Positions 53,705-61,569 of a stretch of 64,000 nt of DNA are shown here, one piece after another (position 1 is the first letter of the stretch; every line of letters starts with the position of its first letter). A model generated the notes under the pieces. The model was not told where the DNA came from and did not search any database. It worked only from the letters and a program-made list of their open reading frames with translations. Both the position numbers and the translations under genes were made by a program. The stretch lies in the sequence record MZ234025.1, one strand, 5' to 3'. Origin of the DNA: Escherichia phage vB_EcoM-172859UKE1.

Positions 53705-54118
53705 ATGACCCGTATCAATTTAACACTTGTTTCTGAACTGGCCGACCAACATCTTATGGCTGAGTATCGTGAATTACCTCGTGTATTCGGTGCAGTCCGT
53801 AAACATGTCCAAAACGGTAAACGTGTAAAAGATTTTAAAATCTCTCCAACATTTATCTTAGGCACAGGTCACGTAACATTCTTTTACGACAAACTCGAAT
53901 TTTTACGTTTACGACAAATCGAGCTAATCGCTGAATGTTTGAAACGTGGTTTCAAAATCAAGGACACGACAGTCCAGGATATTTCCGACATCCCTGCCGA
54001 ATTTCGTAATAATTATGTCCCGTCCGAAGCGTCCATTGCGATAAGTCAAGCACGCTTAGATGAAAAAATTGCTCAACGTCCGACTTGGTACAAATACTAT
54101 GGTAAATCAATTTACTAA
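53705..54118 (+). CDS. denV: Endonuclease V (pyrimidine dimer DNA glycosylase) DenV
   Basis: 137 aa from ATG 53705; matches recalled T4 endonuclease V ([34 protein letters not shown]...). Confidence 0.95.
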   Translation: MTRINLTLVSELADQHLMAEYRELPRVFGAVRKHVQNGKRVKDFKISPTFILGTGHVTFFYDKLEFLRLRQIELIAECLKRGFKIKDTTVQDISDIPAEFRNNYVPSEASIAISQARLDEKIAQRPTWYKYYGKSIY

Positions 54119-54124
54119 GGAAAA

Positions 54125-54241
54125 ATGAAAATGTATCAAGAATTTATCATTGAAGCAGATGCCAAAGGTCCTAAAGTAGATGTTGACGATATTGGATACG
54201 ATTTTAACAACTTCGGAATTATTTCTGGCGGTAAAGCTTAA
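54125..54241 (+). CDS. Mini internal-protein-like peptide with CTS (38 aa)
   Basis: MKMYQEFIIEADAKG...; AAGGAAAA SD; below the ORF-track cutoff. Confidence 0.4.
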   Translation: MKMYQEFIIEADAKGPKVDVDDIGYDFNNFGIISGGKA

Positions 54242-54244
54242 ATT

Positions 54245-54274
54245 GTTTACGCTTAAGTATTAATATGGTATAAT
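54245..54274 (+). promoter_or_regulatory. Early promoter (near-consensus)
   Basis: GTTTAC at 54245-54250, 18-nt spacer, TGgTATAAT at 54266-54274. Confidence 0.65.
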
Positions 54275-54304
54275 TACTCTATCAAAACAAACAAGGAAAC
54301 AAAA

Positions 54305-54619
54305 ATGAAAACGTATAAAGAATTTATTGCAGAATCCGCCAACCAACGCGTTGAAGGCGGTTATATTTGGATTGAACAAGTTGAACCACCGAGCCGCACT
54401 TCTACAGGTAAATGGAAAATTACTGTTGATGGTCCTGGTGGTAAACGTAGGACCCTTAAAGAAATTAATGGGTACTATGAAGAAGCTCTTTCGGATGCAG
54501 GAACTTACATGATGCAAATCATGATTAAAAACCCTGAAAACCGTTTTGCAGCTAAAGTCTTCCGTCGCATCGGTAATAAACTTTATGATGCATACTCTAA
54601 AAACTTCCCTAAAGAATAA
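54305..54619 (+). CDS. Internal-protein-like protein with CTS (104 aa)
   Basis: N-terminus MKTYKEFIAE. Confidence 0.6.
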   Translation: MKTYKEFIAESANQRVEGGYIWIEQVEPPSRTSTGKWKITVDGPGGKRRTLKEINGYYEEALSDAGTYMMQIMIKNPENRFAAKVFRRIGNKLYDAYSKNFPKE

Positions 54620-54644
54620 CATAAATTAAAACAATAGGAACAAA

Positions 54645-54974
54645 ATGAAAACGTATCAAGAGTTTATCACTGAAGTTACATTATCTGCGGAACAGAAAGC
54701 TGCTATCGAAGAAGGTAAAAATCCCAAAGTAACATATAAAGTAAATAGTAAAGGCGTTTTTGATGGTTTGGTTCAAGACCCTGAATTGAAAAAAGCTCTT
54801 TCTAAAACTAATGCGTACTTTGCTCCTAAATTTAACACAGCCGGTGTACTTATTGGATTGGATGTATTCAACTCTAAAGGTGTTCTATCTAGTGCCTTTG
54901 GTTATGCCGCTAACAAAATTACCAAAGCTGCATGGGAATCCAATACCAAACAAGCTCAAAAGCCTAGAGTATAA
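54645..54974 (+). CDS. Internal-protein-like protein with CTS (109 aa)
   Basis: N-terminus MKTYQEFITE. Confidence 0.6.
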   Translation: MKTYQEFITEVTLSAEQKAAIEEGKNPKVTYKVNSKGVFDGLVQDPELKKALSKTNAYFAPKFNTAGVLIGLDVFNSKGVLSSAFGYAANKITKAAWESNTKQAQKPRV

Positions 54975-55081
54975 TTCTTGCCTAATAAAGGGAAACGCAA
55001 CCTCTCCTCATGAACGTCGAGTCCTCTGAGTGATGTACCTTTTCCAACCTGTAATAAGGTCGAGCCCAAGTGCGGTAATGG

Positions 55082-55111
55082 GTTTACATAGCGAGTCGAA
55101 GGACCTAACAT
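55082..55111 (+). promoter_or_regulatory. Putative early promoter
   Basis: GTTTAC at 55082-55087, 18-nt spacer, TAACAT. Confidence 0.4.
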
Positions 55112-55147
55112 GTGCCACGGAATGGCCCCAACCTTAAGAGAAACTAA

Positions 55148-55687
55148 ATGAGAACATTTTTAACCGGACCTTATCTATCCCTGATGAATGCTTTTACACA
55201 CCATTCTGATGCTAGAGTAGAAGAAATTTGTAAGAACGGTTATGCCCCACCGTTTGAAGACGTACTCAAGCAGTACTGTACACTTCGTTTAGACGGCGGC
55301 AGACAATCCGGTAAATCAATTGCTGTGACTAATTTTGCTGCTAATTGGTTGTATGATGGCGGAACAGTTATTGTTCTTTCTAATACTTCAGCTTACGCTA
55401 AAATTTCTGCCGGCAACATTGAAAAAGAATTTTCTCGATATTCTAGCGATGATATTCGATTCCGTTTATTTACTGATTCTGTCCGTAGTTTTATTGGTAA
55501 TGAAGGACATAAATTCCGTGGATTAACGCTTTCTCGTATTCTGTACATAATTGACGAGCCTATTAAAGCTCCTGATATGGATAAGATTTACGACATCCAT
55601 ATTAAAACAGTCCAACACTGTTGCAAAAGCAAATATTGCATCGGCGGTAATGCTCGTCCTCAATTTTTTGTGATTGGAATGCAATGA
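55148..55687 (+). CDS. P-loop NTPase of unknown function (179 aa)
   Basis: Walker A GGRQSGKS and Walker B-like ILYIIDEP. Confidence 0.6.
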   Translation: MRTFLTGPYLSLMNAFTHHSDARVEEICKNGYAPPFEDVLKQYCTLRLDGGRQSGKSIAVTNFAANWLYDGGTVIVLSNTSAYAKISAGNIEKEFSRYSSDDIRFRLFTDSVRSFIGNEGHKFRGLTLSRILYIIDEPIKAPDMDKIYDIHIKTVQHCCKSKYCIGGNARPQFFVIGMQ

Positions 55688-55992
55688 TGACAACTATTGA
55701 AGTTTTTGAGTATTGTTATAACAGCCCAGTATGCAATAAAAGGGCTCTTGTAGAAAATTATGAGATTTACCATTTTAAACCTAAACGATATCGTTTGACT
55801 AAAGGTCCGTTCGCAGGGCAGCAGGTTCTTTGTACTGCTCCTAATGCACGGTTGATGACTAGTATTCCGCATTTCAAAATGGAATTTATTGATGGGCCAT
55901 TTAAGGGATTAATAACTCAAAGTTTAATGGCGTTTAATTCCGATCCATTTTTGATTAAAGAAAAATCTTGGATAAATTTATTTTCTAATTGA
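55684..55992 (+). CDS. Hypothetical protein (102 aa)
   Basis: ATGA overlap with upstream ORF. Confidence 0.5.
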   Translation: MMTTIEVFEYCYNSPVCNKRALVENYEIYHFKPKRYRLTKGPFAGQQVLCTAPNARLMTSIPHFKMEFIDGPFKGLITQSLMAFNSDPFLIKEKSWINLFSN

Positions 55993-55998
55993 GGTTAT

Positions 55999-56361
55999 AT
56001 GAAAGCATATCAAATTCTTGAAGGTGAACATAAAGGCACTATTTATTTTGAAGACGGTACTCAAGCCCGGATTATTGTCTCTAAGACTTTTAAAGAAGAC
56101 GCTATTGTAGATCCAGAAATTTTCTACGGTTTGAATGCTCGTGAAATTGAAATTGAACATCAACCTAAAGTTAAAATTGAAGGTGGTCAACACCTGAACG
56201 TTAACGTTCTGCGTCGCGAAACTCTGGAAGATGCAGTTAAGCATCCGGAAAAATATCCGCAGCTGACCATCCGTGTATCCGGTTATGCAGTTCGCTTTAA
56301 CTCTCTGACTCCGGAACAGCAGCGCGACGTTATCGCTCGTACCTTTACCGAGAGTCTATAA
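55999..56361 (+). CDS. Autonomous glycyl radical cofactor GrcA/YfiD-like protein
   Basis: 120 aa; C-terminal ~60 residues ([60 protein letters not shown]) match recalled E. coli GrcA; host-like codon usage there. Confidence 0.85.
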   Translation: MKAYQILEGEHKGTIYFEDGTQARIIVSKTFKEDAIVDPEIFYGLNAREIEIEHQPKVKIEGGQHLNVNVLRRETLEDAVKHPEKYPQLTIRVSGYAVRFNSLTPEQQRDVIARTFTESL

Positions 56362-56585
56362 TGGCTAAATTGATTATAGAAGGGTCTGAAGATGTTTTAA
56401 AATGTTTTGCCGCCTGGTTTAGTTGCTCAGGCGAGCAATCATTCATTGAAGCATTTAGAATTGGTGATATTACTGGAAACTATCCGACAACTGATATCAC
56501 TGTACGTGGATATGGTATTAATGAGCCTATCCAATTGGTCGAATATGACCTTGCCACAGATGAGGAAATTCCTTATGTCGATTGA
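56361..56585 (+). CDS. Hypothetical protein (74 aa)
   Basis: TAATG overlap with upstream ORF. Confidence 0.5.
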   Translation: MAKLIIEGSEDVLKCFAAWFSCSGEQSFIEAFRIGDITGNYPTTDITVRGYGINEPIQLVEYDLATDEEIPYVD

Positions 56586-56820
56586 AGACATCAAAGGCTA
56601 CAAGCCGCATACCGATGATAAAATCGGTAAAGTGAACGCTATTAAAGATGCCGAAGTTCGTTTAGGACTTATTCTAGACGCCCTGGCAGAAGAAGCATTA
56701 TCAGCAAATACTCCTGAAGCTCTGACGGCTTTGTCCCAATTGAACTGTGCTAAAGAACGCCTAAAGGAATCTAGTATGTGGGCTTGTCGTGCGGTATTTC
56801 AACCAGAGGAAAAATACTAA
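56575..56820 (+). CDS. Hypothetical protein (81 aa)
   Basis: ATG 56575 after GAGGAA SD; the ORF-track start at 56407 overlaps the upstream gene. Confidence 0.5.
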   Translation: MSIEDIKGYKPHTDDKIGKVNAIKDAEVRLGLILDALAEEALSANTPEALTALSQLNCAKERLKESSMWACRAVFQPEEKY

Positions 56821-57119
56821 TGGCTCAAATCCTATCAGGCTTTGGAACTCATTATGAAGCATCTCGACGCATAACTGAAAGCAATCCTTTTGGCCTTGTT
56901 CCGAAGCACAAGAAAATTCAAAGCCTTGATGACTTTGAGAATCGCTTATGGGCCCTCTTTAATGAGTACAAGGCATATCTGAAAGAAGACGCTGACGATT
57001 GTCTTGAAGAAGATGAGATTGCGTATTACGAACAACGCCTTGAACAGCTCAAGAACTTCCACCAGGTTCGTGACGAAGTATCTAAAGCAGTTAAAAAGTT
57101 AATTCCTTTCAAAGAGTAG
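56820..57119 (+). CDS. Hypothetical protein (99 aa)
   Basis: ATG 56820 after AGAGGA SD; the ORF-track start at 56778 is less likely. Confidence 0.5.
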   Translation: MAQILSGFGTHYEASRRITESNPFGLVPKHKKIQSLDDFENRLWALFNEYKAYLKEDADDCLEEDEIAYYEQRLEQLKNFHQVRDEVSKAVKKLIPFKE

Positions 57120-57147
57120 TTTACTTCTCCTCTAGTTGTGTTACTAT
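57119..57147 (+). promoter_or_regulatory. Early promoter with 14-bp inverted repeat whose right arm contains the SD
   Basis: GTTTAC at 57119-57124, 17-nt spacer, TACTAT at 57142-57147; arms TTCTCCTCTAGTTG (57125-57138) / CAACTAGAGGAGAA (57156-57169). Confidence 0.65.
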
Positions 57148-57175
57148 AGACCTGTCAACTAGAGGAGAAATCAAA

Positions 57176-57634
57176 ATGACTATCAATTCAGACGTTTTTA
57201 TCCGCCGTAATAAACTCCGTCGAATCTTTGAAACGGAGTTCCGCAAAATAAATGCCAGTATAAAAGATGCTGCAAAGTCTCTTGGACTACCAGGCTTTCA
57301 TATCAAGTATTCTCAACATCTCTTAGATCGTGCCATCCAGAGAGAAATAGATGAGAATTACGTTTTTGAATTATTTCGTAAAGTAAAAAATCATGTTAAA
57401 GAAGTTGCAGAATTTTTATCAATGCCGGCACGTCCAGATGTTGATGAAGATTTTGTCGAAGGTGTCGAATATCGCCCAGGCCGTTTAGAAATAACTGATG
57501 GAAATCTTTGGTTAGGACTTACAGTTTGTCGCGAAAATCCGGCATTCAAAATGAAGACTCTTCAATGCAGAATGGCTATTATTAACAATAAACGACTACC
57601 AGGAAAAGCTTCTAAAGCAGTGATTAAAATCTAG
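57176..57634 (+). CDS. regB: RegB site-specific endoribonuclease
   Basis: 152 aa; matches recalled T4 RegB (MTIN..VFIRRNKLRR...YSQHLLDRAIQREIDE...GKASKAVIK). Confidence 0.9.
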   Translation: MTINSDVFIRRNKLRRIFETEFRKINASIKDAAKSLGLPGFHIKYSQHLLDRAIQREIDENYVFELFRKVKNHVKEVAEFLSMPARPDVDEDFVEGVEYRPGRLEITDGNLWLGLTVCRENPAFKMKTLQCRMAIINNKRLPGKASKAVIKI

Positions 57635-57642
57635 AGGTAAAC

Positions 57643-58185
57643 ATGAGAAAAGCACTACTCGCTGGTCTATTTGCTCTTTCGTTATCAGCACATAGCTCCG
57701 AGCATACTTTTAGTAATGTCCAACTCGATAACTTGAATTATGCTTATCAGTTTGGGGAACAGTTTTCTAAGGATGGAAAATTTAAAACGCATGAAAATAT
57801 GCATAAGAAAGGACTTGGATACATAATGGCCGCAATACTATGGCAGGAATCATCTGCTGGTATTAATCTTAAAGATAAGAAAGGTCACCATGCGTATGGA
57901 ATGTTCCAAAATTATCTACCAACAATGAGGGCAAGAATTAACCAGCTTGGTTATAATATGACTGATGCCCAAATTAAGAAAATGCTATCTAAGCGGTCTA
58001 ATTCAACCAGATGGGCTTATATCGAATTTTCTTATTGGTTAAATATACATAATGGGGATATAAGAAAAGCTATATCCTCATACAATGCGGGATGGAAGAC
58101 AAGTGCTGGAAGTAAATATGCTTCTGAAGTCCTAGAAAAGGCTAATTACCTTAAATCAAATAAACTACTGGAAATAAAAGAATGA
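57643..58185 (+). CDS. Putative secreted lytic transglycosylase (SLT-like)
   Basis: Signal-peptide-like N-terminus; ES motif (WQESSAG) and AYNxG-like SSYNAG typical of SLT domains. Confidence 0.55.
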   Translation: MRKALLAGLFALSLSAHSSEHTFSNVQLDNLNYAYQFGEQFSKDGKFKTHENMHKKGLGYIMAAILWQESSAGINLKDKKGHHAYGMFQNYLPTMRARINQLGYNMTDAQIKKMLSKRSNSTRWAYIEFSYWLNIHNGDIRKAISSYNAGWKTSAGSKYASEVLEKANYLKSNKLLEIKE

Positions 58186-58529
58186 CCAAAATGTTGGCTT
58201 TAATAGTTGGCTTGGTTTCATTTAACACTCTTGCTAATACTACATATACTGATGTAACGGAGTATACAAACAGAACGGCGTCTGATTATTGTGGTAAAAG
58301 TCAAGAGTGTAAAGTAGATTTTTCACAAAAATTGTTATATGCGTATAAAGACGGAGAAAAAGATGGGGCGTCTAGTAGGTTCAAGGCGTCTACCTTAATT
58401 AAAAGATACTATAAAAAATGGCAAATATTAGAATGCTCGGTGGCGGAACCTAAAGATAAGGCAGCATGCAATTCTATGGTGGACCGTCTAGTTGACTCTT
58501 ATACTAGAGGACTTGCAGCAAGTGATTAA
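58182..58529 (+). CDS. Putative secreted Cys-containing protein (115 aa)
   Basis: N-terminal signal-like MTKMLALIVGLVSFNTLA; four Cys. Confidence 0.5.
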   Translation: MTKMLALIVGLVSFNTLANTTYTDVTEYTNRTASDYCGKSQECKVDFSQKLLYAYKDGEKDGASSRFKASTLIKRYYKKWQILECSVAEPKDKAACNSMVDRLVDSYTRGLAASD

Positions 58530-58989
58530 AAACTATATCAAGGGCGATATTGTCGCCCTGTTTTCTAAAGGTAATAATATTGCTCATGGGTGTAATTGTT
58601 TTCATACAATGGGCGCTGGTGTGGCAGGACAATTAGCAAAGGCTTATCCAAAAATTCTGGAAGCCGATAAACTTCAAACCGAATTCGGAGACGAGTCTAA
58701 ACTCGGGTCTTATTCGGTTTATGAAAAATATTTTAAGACCCATAAAGCTTATTGCTTTAATCTTTATACACAGTTTGAGCCTGGACCTAATTTTGAGTAC
58801 TCTGCTTTAATGAATTGTATAATAGAATTAAATAAATTCGGAAAGAATAAGATAACAAAGCCTTTAATTTATATGCCAAGAATTGGTGCTGGTATCGGTG
58901 GCGGAAACTGGGATATCATCGAAGAGATTTTAGATACGTATTCCACTAAACTAGAAATTGTGATTGTTGATTGGGAACCATTATTATGA
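58492..58989 (+). CDS. Macro-domain-like protein (start uncertain, ATG 58492 or GTG 58522)
   Basis: Motifs GDIV, HGCNCFHTMGAGVAGQL and PRIGAGIGGGNW resemble macro-domain GDIT / NAAN..GGGV / GxxG signatures. Confidence 0.6.
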   Translation: MTLILEDLQQVIKNYIKGDIVALFSKGNNIAHGCNCFHTMGAGVAGQLAKAYPKILEADKLQTEFGDESKLGSYSVYEKYFKTHKAYCFNLYTQFEPGPNFEYSALMNCIIELNKFGKNKITKPLIYMPRIGAGIGGGNWDIIEEILDTYSTKLEIVIVDWEPLL

Positions 58990-59198
58990 ATATACATTAT
59001 CCACATCCATACGACCCAAAGAATAAGGCAGTAATTATTCGTCAATGGGAACGCATTTGTCGTACTAAATGTCCAATTAATAGTCCACATGATGTAGATA
59101 AAGACTACATTGGAACATTCGTTGAATATACCTTTATTGATAAGAAAGGTCGTAAACAGCATGTAGAAGAATACTGCTTAAAGGTGACATGGTTATGA
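58986..59198 (+). CDS. Hypothetical protein (70 aa)
   Basis: ATGA overlap with upstream stop. Confidence 0.45.
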   Translation: MNIHYPHPYDPKNKAVIIRQWERICRTKCPINSPHDVDKDYIGTFVEYTFIDKKGRKQHVEEYCLKVTWL

Positions 59199-59401
59199 GC
59201 CAAACAAAAATTCTTACAGGCGCTAAATGCGAAAAATGCGAATGGCCTGTAGTTTTTGCTTTATGCAATGACGAAATGGCTTGTGATTTTGATTATTGGT
59301 GTTACTGTTCGAACAAAGGTTGTAGTAATCATAAAGGTGAAGGGTTTTACTCAGGATTTTACCCTTACCCAGATTTCGTTAAAGAAGGTGAACCTAAATG
59401 A
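59195..59401 (+). CDS. Cys-rich small protein (68 aa), possible zinc ribbon
   Basis: CEKCEW...CDFDYWCYCSNKGC. Confidence 0.5.
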   Translation: MSQTKILTGAKCEKCEWPVVFALCNDEMACDFDYWCYCSNKGCSNHKGEGFYSGFYPYPDFVKEGEPK

Positions 59402-59580
59402 AATTGACTAAAGAAGAGAAAGCTAAACTGTTCGAACTTATCCATGACCTATTGGATGAACAAGCAGCCACCAATGCGTACGATGAATATGCTCCTTTGA
59501 CGGACGAAGAATATCACGCATTGATGGAATCATTTGACAGGAAAGAACAAGAACTCATTGACTACGTGAATTCACTATAA
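59398..59580 (+). CDS. Hypothetical protein (60 aa)
   Basis: ATGA overlap; helical acidic protein. Confidence 0.45.
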   Translation: MKLTKEEKAKLFELIHDLLDEQAATNAYDEYAPLTDEEYHALMESFDRKEQELIDYVNSL

Positions 59581-59589
59581 GGGACTCTT

Positions 59590-60171
59590 ATGGCTAGTTT
59601 AATTTTTACATATGCCGCTATGAATGCTGGTAAGTCCGCTTCATTACTTACTGCCGCACATAACTATAAAGAACGTGGCATGGGTGTATTAGTTCTTAAA
59701 CCGGCTATTGATACTCGCGATTCAAAAGGTGAAATAGTCTCTCGTATTGGTATTCGTCAGGATGCCAATATAATTACAAAAGACATGGACATCTTTGAAT
59801 TCTATAAATGGGCTGCAGCACAAAAGGATATTCATTGTGTATTTGTTGACGAAGCTCAGTTCTTAACTACTGAAAAGGTGTATCAACTTAGTCGTATTGT
59901 TGACGTATACAATGTGCCAGTAATGGCATATGGACTACGAACAGATTTTAAAGGTAATCTATTTGAAGGTTCTCAAGCATTAATGGCTATTGCCGATAAG
60001 CTTGTTGAACTTAAAGGTGTCTGTCATTGTGGTAAAAAGGCCACAATGGTAGCTAGAGTCACGGAAGACGGACTTCCAATTACAGATGGCAGTCAAATTG
60101 AAATTGGTGATACTGATAGATACGTGTCATTATGCCGGAAGCATTGGAATGATTTGACAGGGTTGTTATAA
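59590..60171 (+). CDS. tk: Thymidine kinase
   Basis: 193 aa; matches recalled T4 Tk (MASLIFTYAAMNAGKSASLL...CRKHWN). Confidence 0.95.
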   Translation: MASLIFTYAAMNAGKSASLLTAAHNYKERGMGVLVLKPAIDTRDSKGEIVSRIGIRQDANIITKDMDIFEFYKWAAAQKDIHCVFVDEAQFLTTEKVYQLSRIVDVYNVPVMAYGLRTDFKGNLFEGSQALMAIADKLVELKGVCHCGKKATMVARVTEDGLPITDGSQIEIGDTDRYVSLCRKHWNDLTGLL

Positions 60172-60198
60172 ATACTAATATCTAACCAAGAGGTATAT

Positions 60199-60411
60199 AT
60201 GCAGCAATTAAACGAAAGACAACTTCGTAATCTTACTGTAACCCAATTGGATGAAATCCGAAGAGAATTAGGACATTCTATTTCTCATTTAAATGAGGAT
60301 ATCCGTCAAACTGGTTCTAAAGCTGATTATACACGCAAGCGCAAGCTGGAAAAATACCTCACAGATGTTAAGGCCGTCCAAAGGCGAAAAATAAATACTG
60401 GCCAAAATTAA
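60199..60411 (+). CDS. Hypothetical basic protein (70 aa), rI.-1 position
   Basis: ORF after AAGAGG SD between tk and rI. Confidence 0.5.
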   Translation: MQQLNERQLRNLTVTQLDEIRRELGHSISHLNEDIRQTGSKADYTRKRKLEKYLTDVKAVQRRKINTGQN

Positions 60412-60423
60412 CAGGAGGCCTAT

Positions 60424-60726
60424 ATGGCCTTAAGAGCGATAGCTGTCATAGCGATGCTGGGGTTTTTTGCAGCAACAACTCCTATCGTTGGTACTGCACA
60501 TATCGACCCATATTTTGATAACTTTATGGAATCAGGGATTAAAAACGTATATACTTTGTTTGAAATTCAAAATGTCGAGAATTCTGAAAAATTCTATAAG
60601 TATATGGCAAAGCATTACAAAAATAGTCCCTGTGATGATGCATTTGAATGTCATGAACAAGGCATAAAAACCGCCAGACAATTTGCTGAGTTCATGAAAA
60701 TAAAATTAGAGCCTACATCTATCTAA
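60424..60726 (+). CDS. rI: Lysis inhibition regulator RI (periplasmic antiholin)
   Basis: 100 aa; signal-anchor N-terminus; matches recalled T4 RI (DP.FD.FMESGI..VY.LFE...PC...FEC). Confidence 0.65.
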   Translation: MALRAIAVIAMLGFFAATTPIVGTAHIDPYFDNFMESGIKNVYTLFEIQNVENSEKFYKYMAKHYKNSPCDDAFECHEQGIKTARQFAEFMKIKLEPTSI

Positions 60727-60732
60727 TTTAAT

Positions 60733-60761
60733 AGCCCCTTCCGAAAGGTTGGGGCTTTTTG
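60733..60761 (+). terminator. Rho-independent terminator (copy of the 44584 element)
   Basis: AGCCCC-ttccgaaaggtt-GGGGCT followed by TTTTT. Confidence 0.7.
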
Positions 60762-60771
60762 GCATTTAGCA

Positions 60772-60800
60772 GTTTACTTTTCCTCAGGTTGTGTTATAGT
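60772..60800 (+). promoter_or_regulatory. Early promoter
   Basis: GTTTAC at 60772-60777, 17-nt spacer, TGtTATAGT. Confidence 0.6.
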
Positions 60801-60827
60801 AGACCTTACTTACTAGAGGAGAACGTT

Positions 60828-61007
60828 ATGTCACGTAAAGAAAAAATTTCTAAGTTAATGTTTTTGATTGAAGAGTACGCTAATGCGGTATCTGATTGGG
60901 AAAATGCTCATGGTTGCGAAGATGGAGACATCGACATTAACAGAGCTATGAAAAAGATGGCCGATACGCACACCGAATTGCAAATGTATGTTAACGAGAT
61001 TATGTGA
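60828..61007 (+). CDS. Hypothetical protein (59 aa)
   Basis: ATG 60828 after GAGGAGAA SD; the ORF-track start at 60759 spans terminator and promoter. Confidence 0.45.
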   Translation: MSRKEKISKLMFLIEEYANAVSDWENAHGCEDGDIDINRAMKKMADTHTELQMYVNEIM

Positions 61008-61014
61008 GGATATT

Positions 61015-61224
61015 ATGCTTTACGATTATACTGGAAAATCTGAAGACGGTGTACTTGAACTTTTACCTGAAAGCGCTGAAGATGACGATATGACGACGGT
61101 GATGTTTTGTAAAAATGGCCCTGGGGATAAGGGATGGATTTATCTTCGTCAAGAAAATGACTTAATTGTTTTGGACCCTAAACAAGTTGAAGAACTTTAT
61201 CAACATTTAAAACACAATCGGTAG
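61015..61224 (+). CDS. Hypothetical acidic protein (69 aa)
   Basis: ATG 61015 after GAGGA SD. Confidence 0.45.
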   Translation: MLYDYTGKSEDGVLELLPESAEDDDMTTVMFCKNGPGDKGWIYLRQENDLIVLDPKQVEELYQHLKHNR

Positions 61225-61253
61225 TTTACAACTTGATAGGACTATGTTATAGT
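61224..61253 (+). promoter_or_regulatory. Early promoter within palindromic cassette
   Basis: GTTTAC at 61224-61229, TGtTATAGT -10; exact 28-bp palindrome copy at 61235-61262. Confidence 0.6.
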
Positions 61254-61281
61254 AGTCCTATCAAAACGAACGGAGAACAAA

Positions 61282-61392
61282 ATGAAACTTTTGCTTATCG
61301 CTTATGTTGTAGTACAATACAATTATCCGATGTTTACTTATAACATGGTAAACGGCATAGTGAATCTTATTGAAACGAGTATGGTAAAATGA
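61282..61392 (+). CDS. Small hydrophobic peptide (36 aa)
   Basis: MKLLLIAYVVVQYNYPMF...; CGGAG SD; ATGA-coupled to the next ORF. Confidence 0.35.
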   Translation: MKLLLIAYVVVQYNYPMFTYNMVNGIVNLIETSMVK

Positions 61393-61568
61393 CCCGTGAA
61401 CAAGCTAATAAATTGATGGACCTTATCCATGACTTACGTGAAGCCGATTCAGATTTGAATGATGTAGCTTATCATGCGGTAAATGATAACGGAGACTTTT
61501 ATGAAAATCAGGTTGACGCTTGCCAGAATGCTTTGGTGAATTTTGTTGAAACTTTAATTGGTGAATAA
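61389..61568 (+). CDS. Hypothetical acidic protein (59 aa)
   Basis: ATGA overlap with the preceding peptide ORF. Confidence 0.4.
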   Translation: MTREQANKLMDLIHDLREADSDLNDVAYHAVNDNGDFYENQVDACQNALVNFVETLIGE

Positions 61569-61569
61569 T

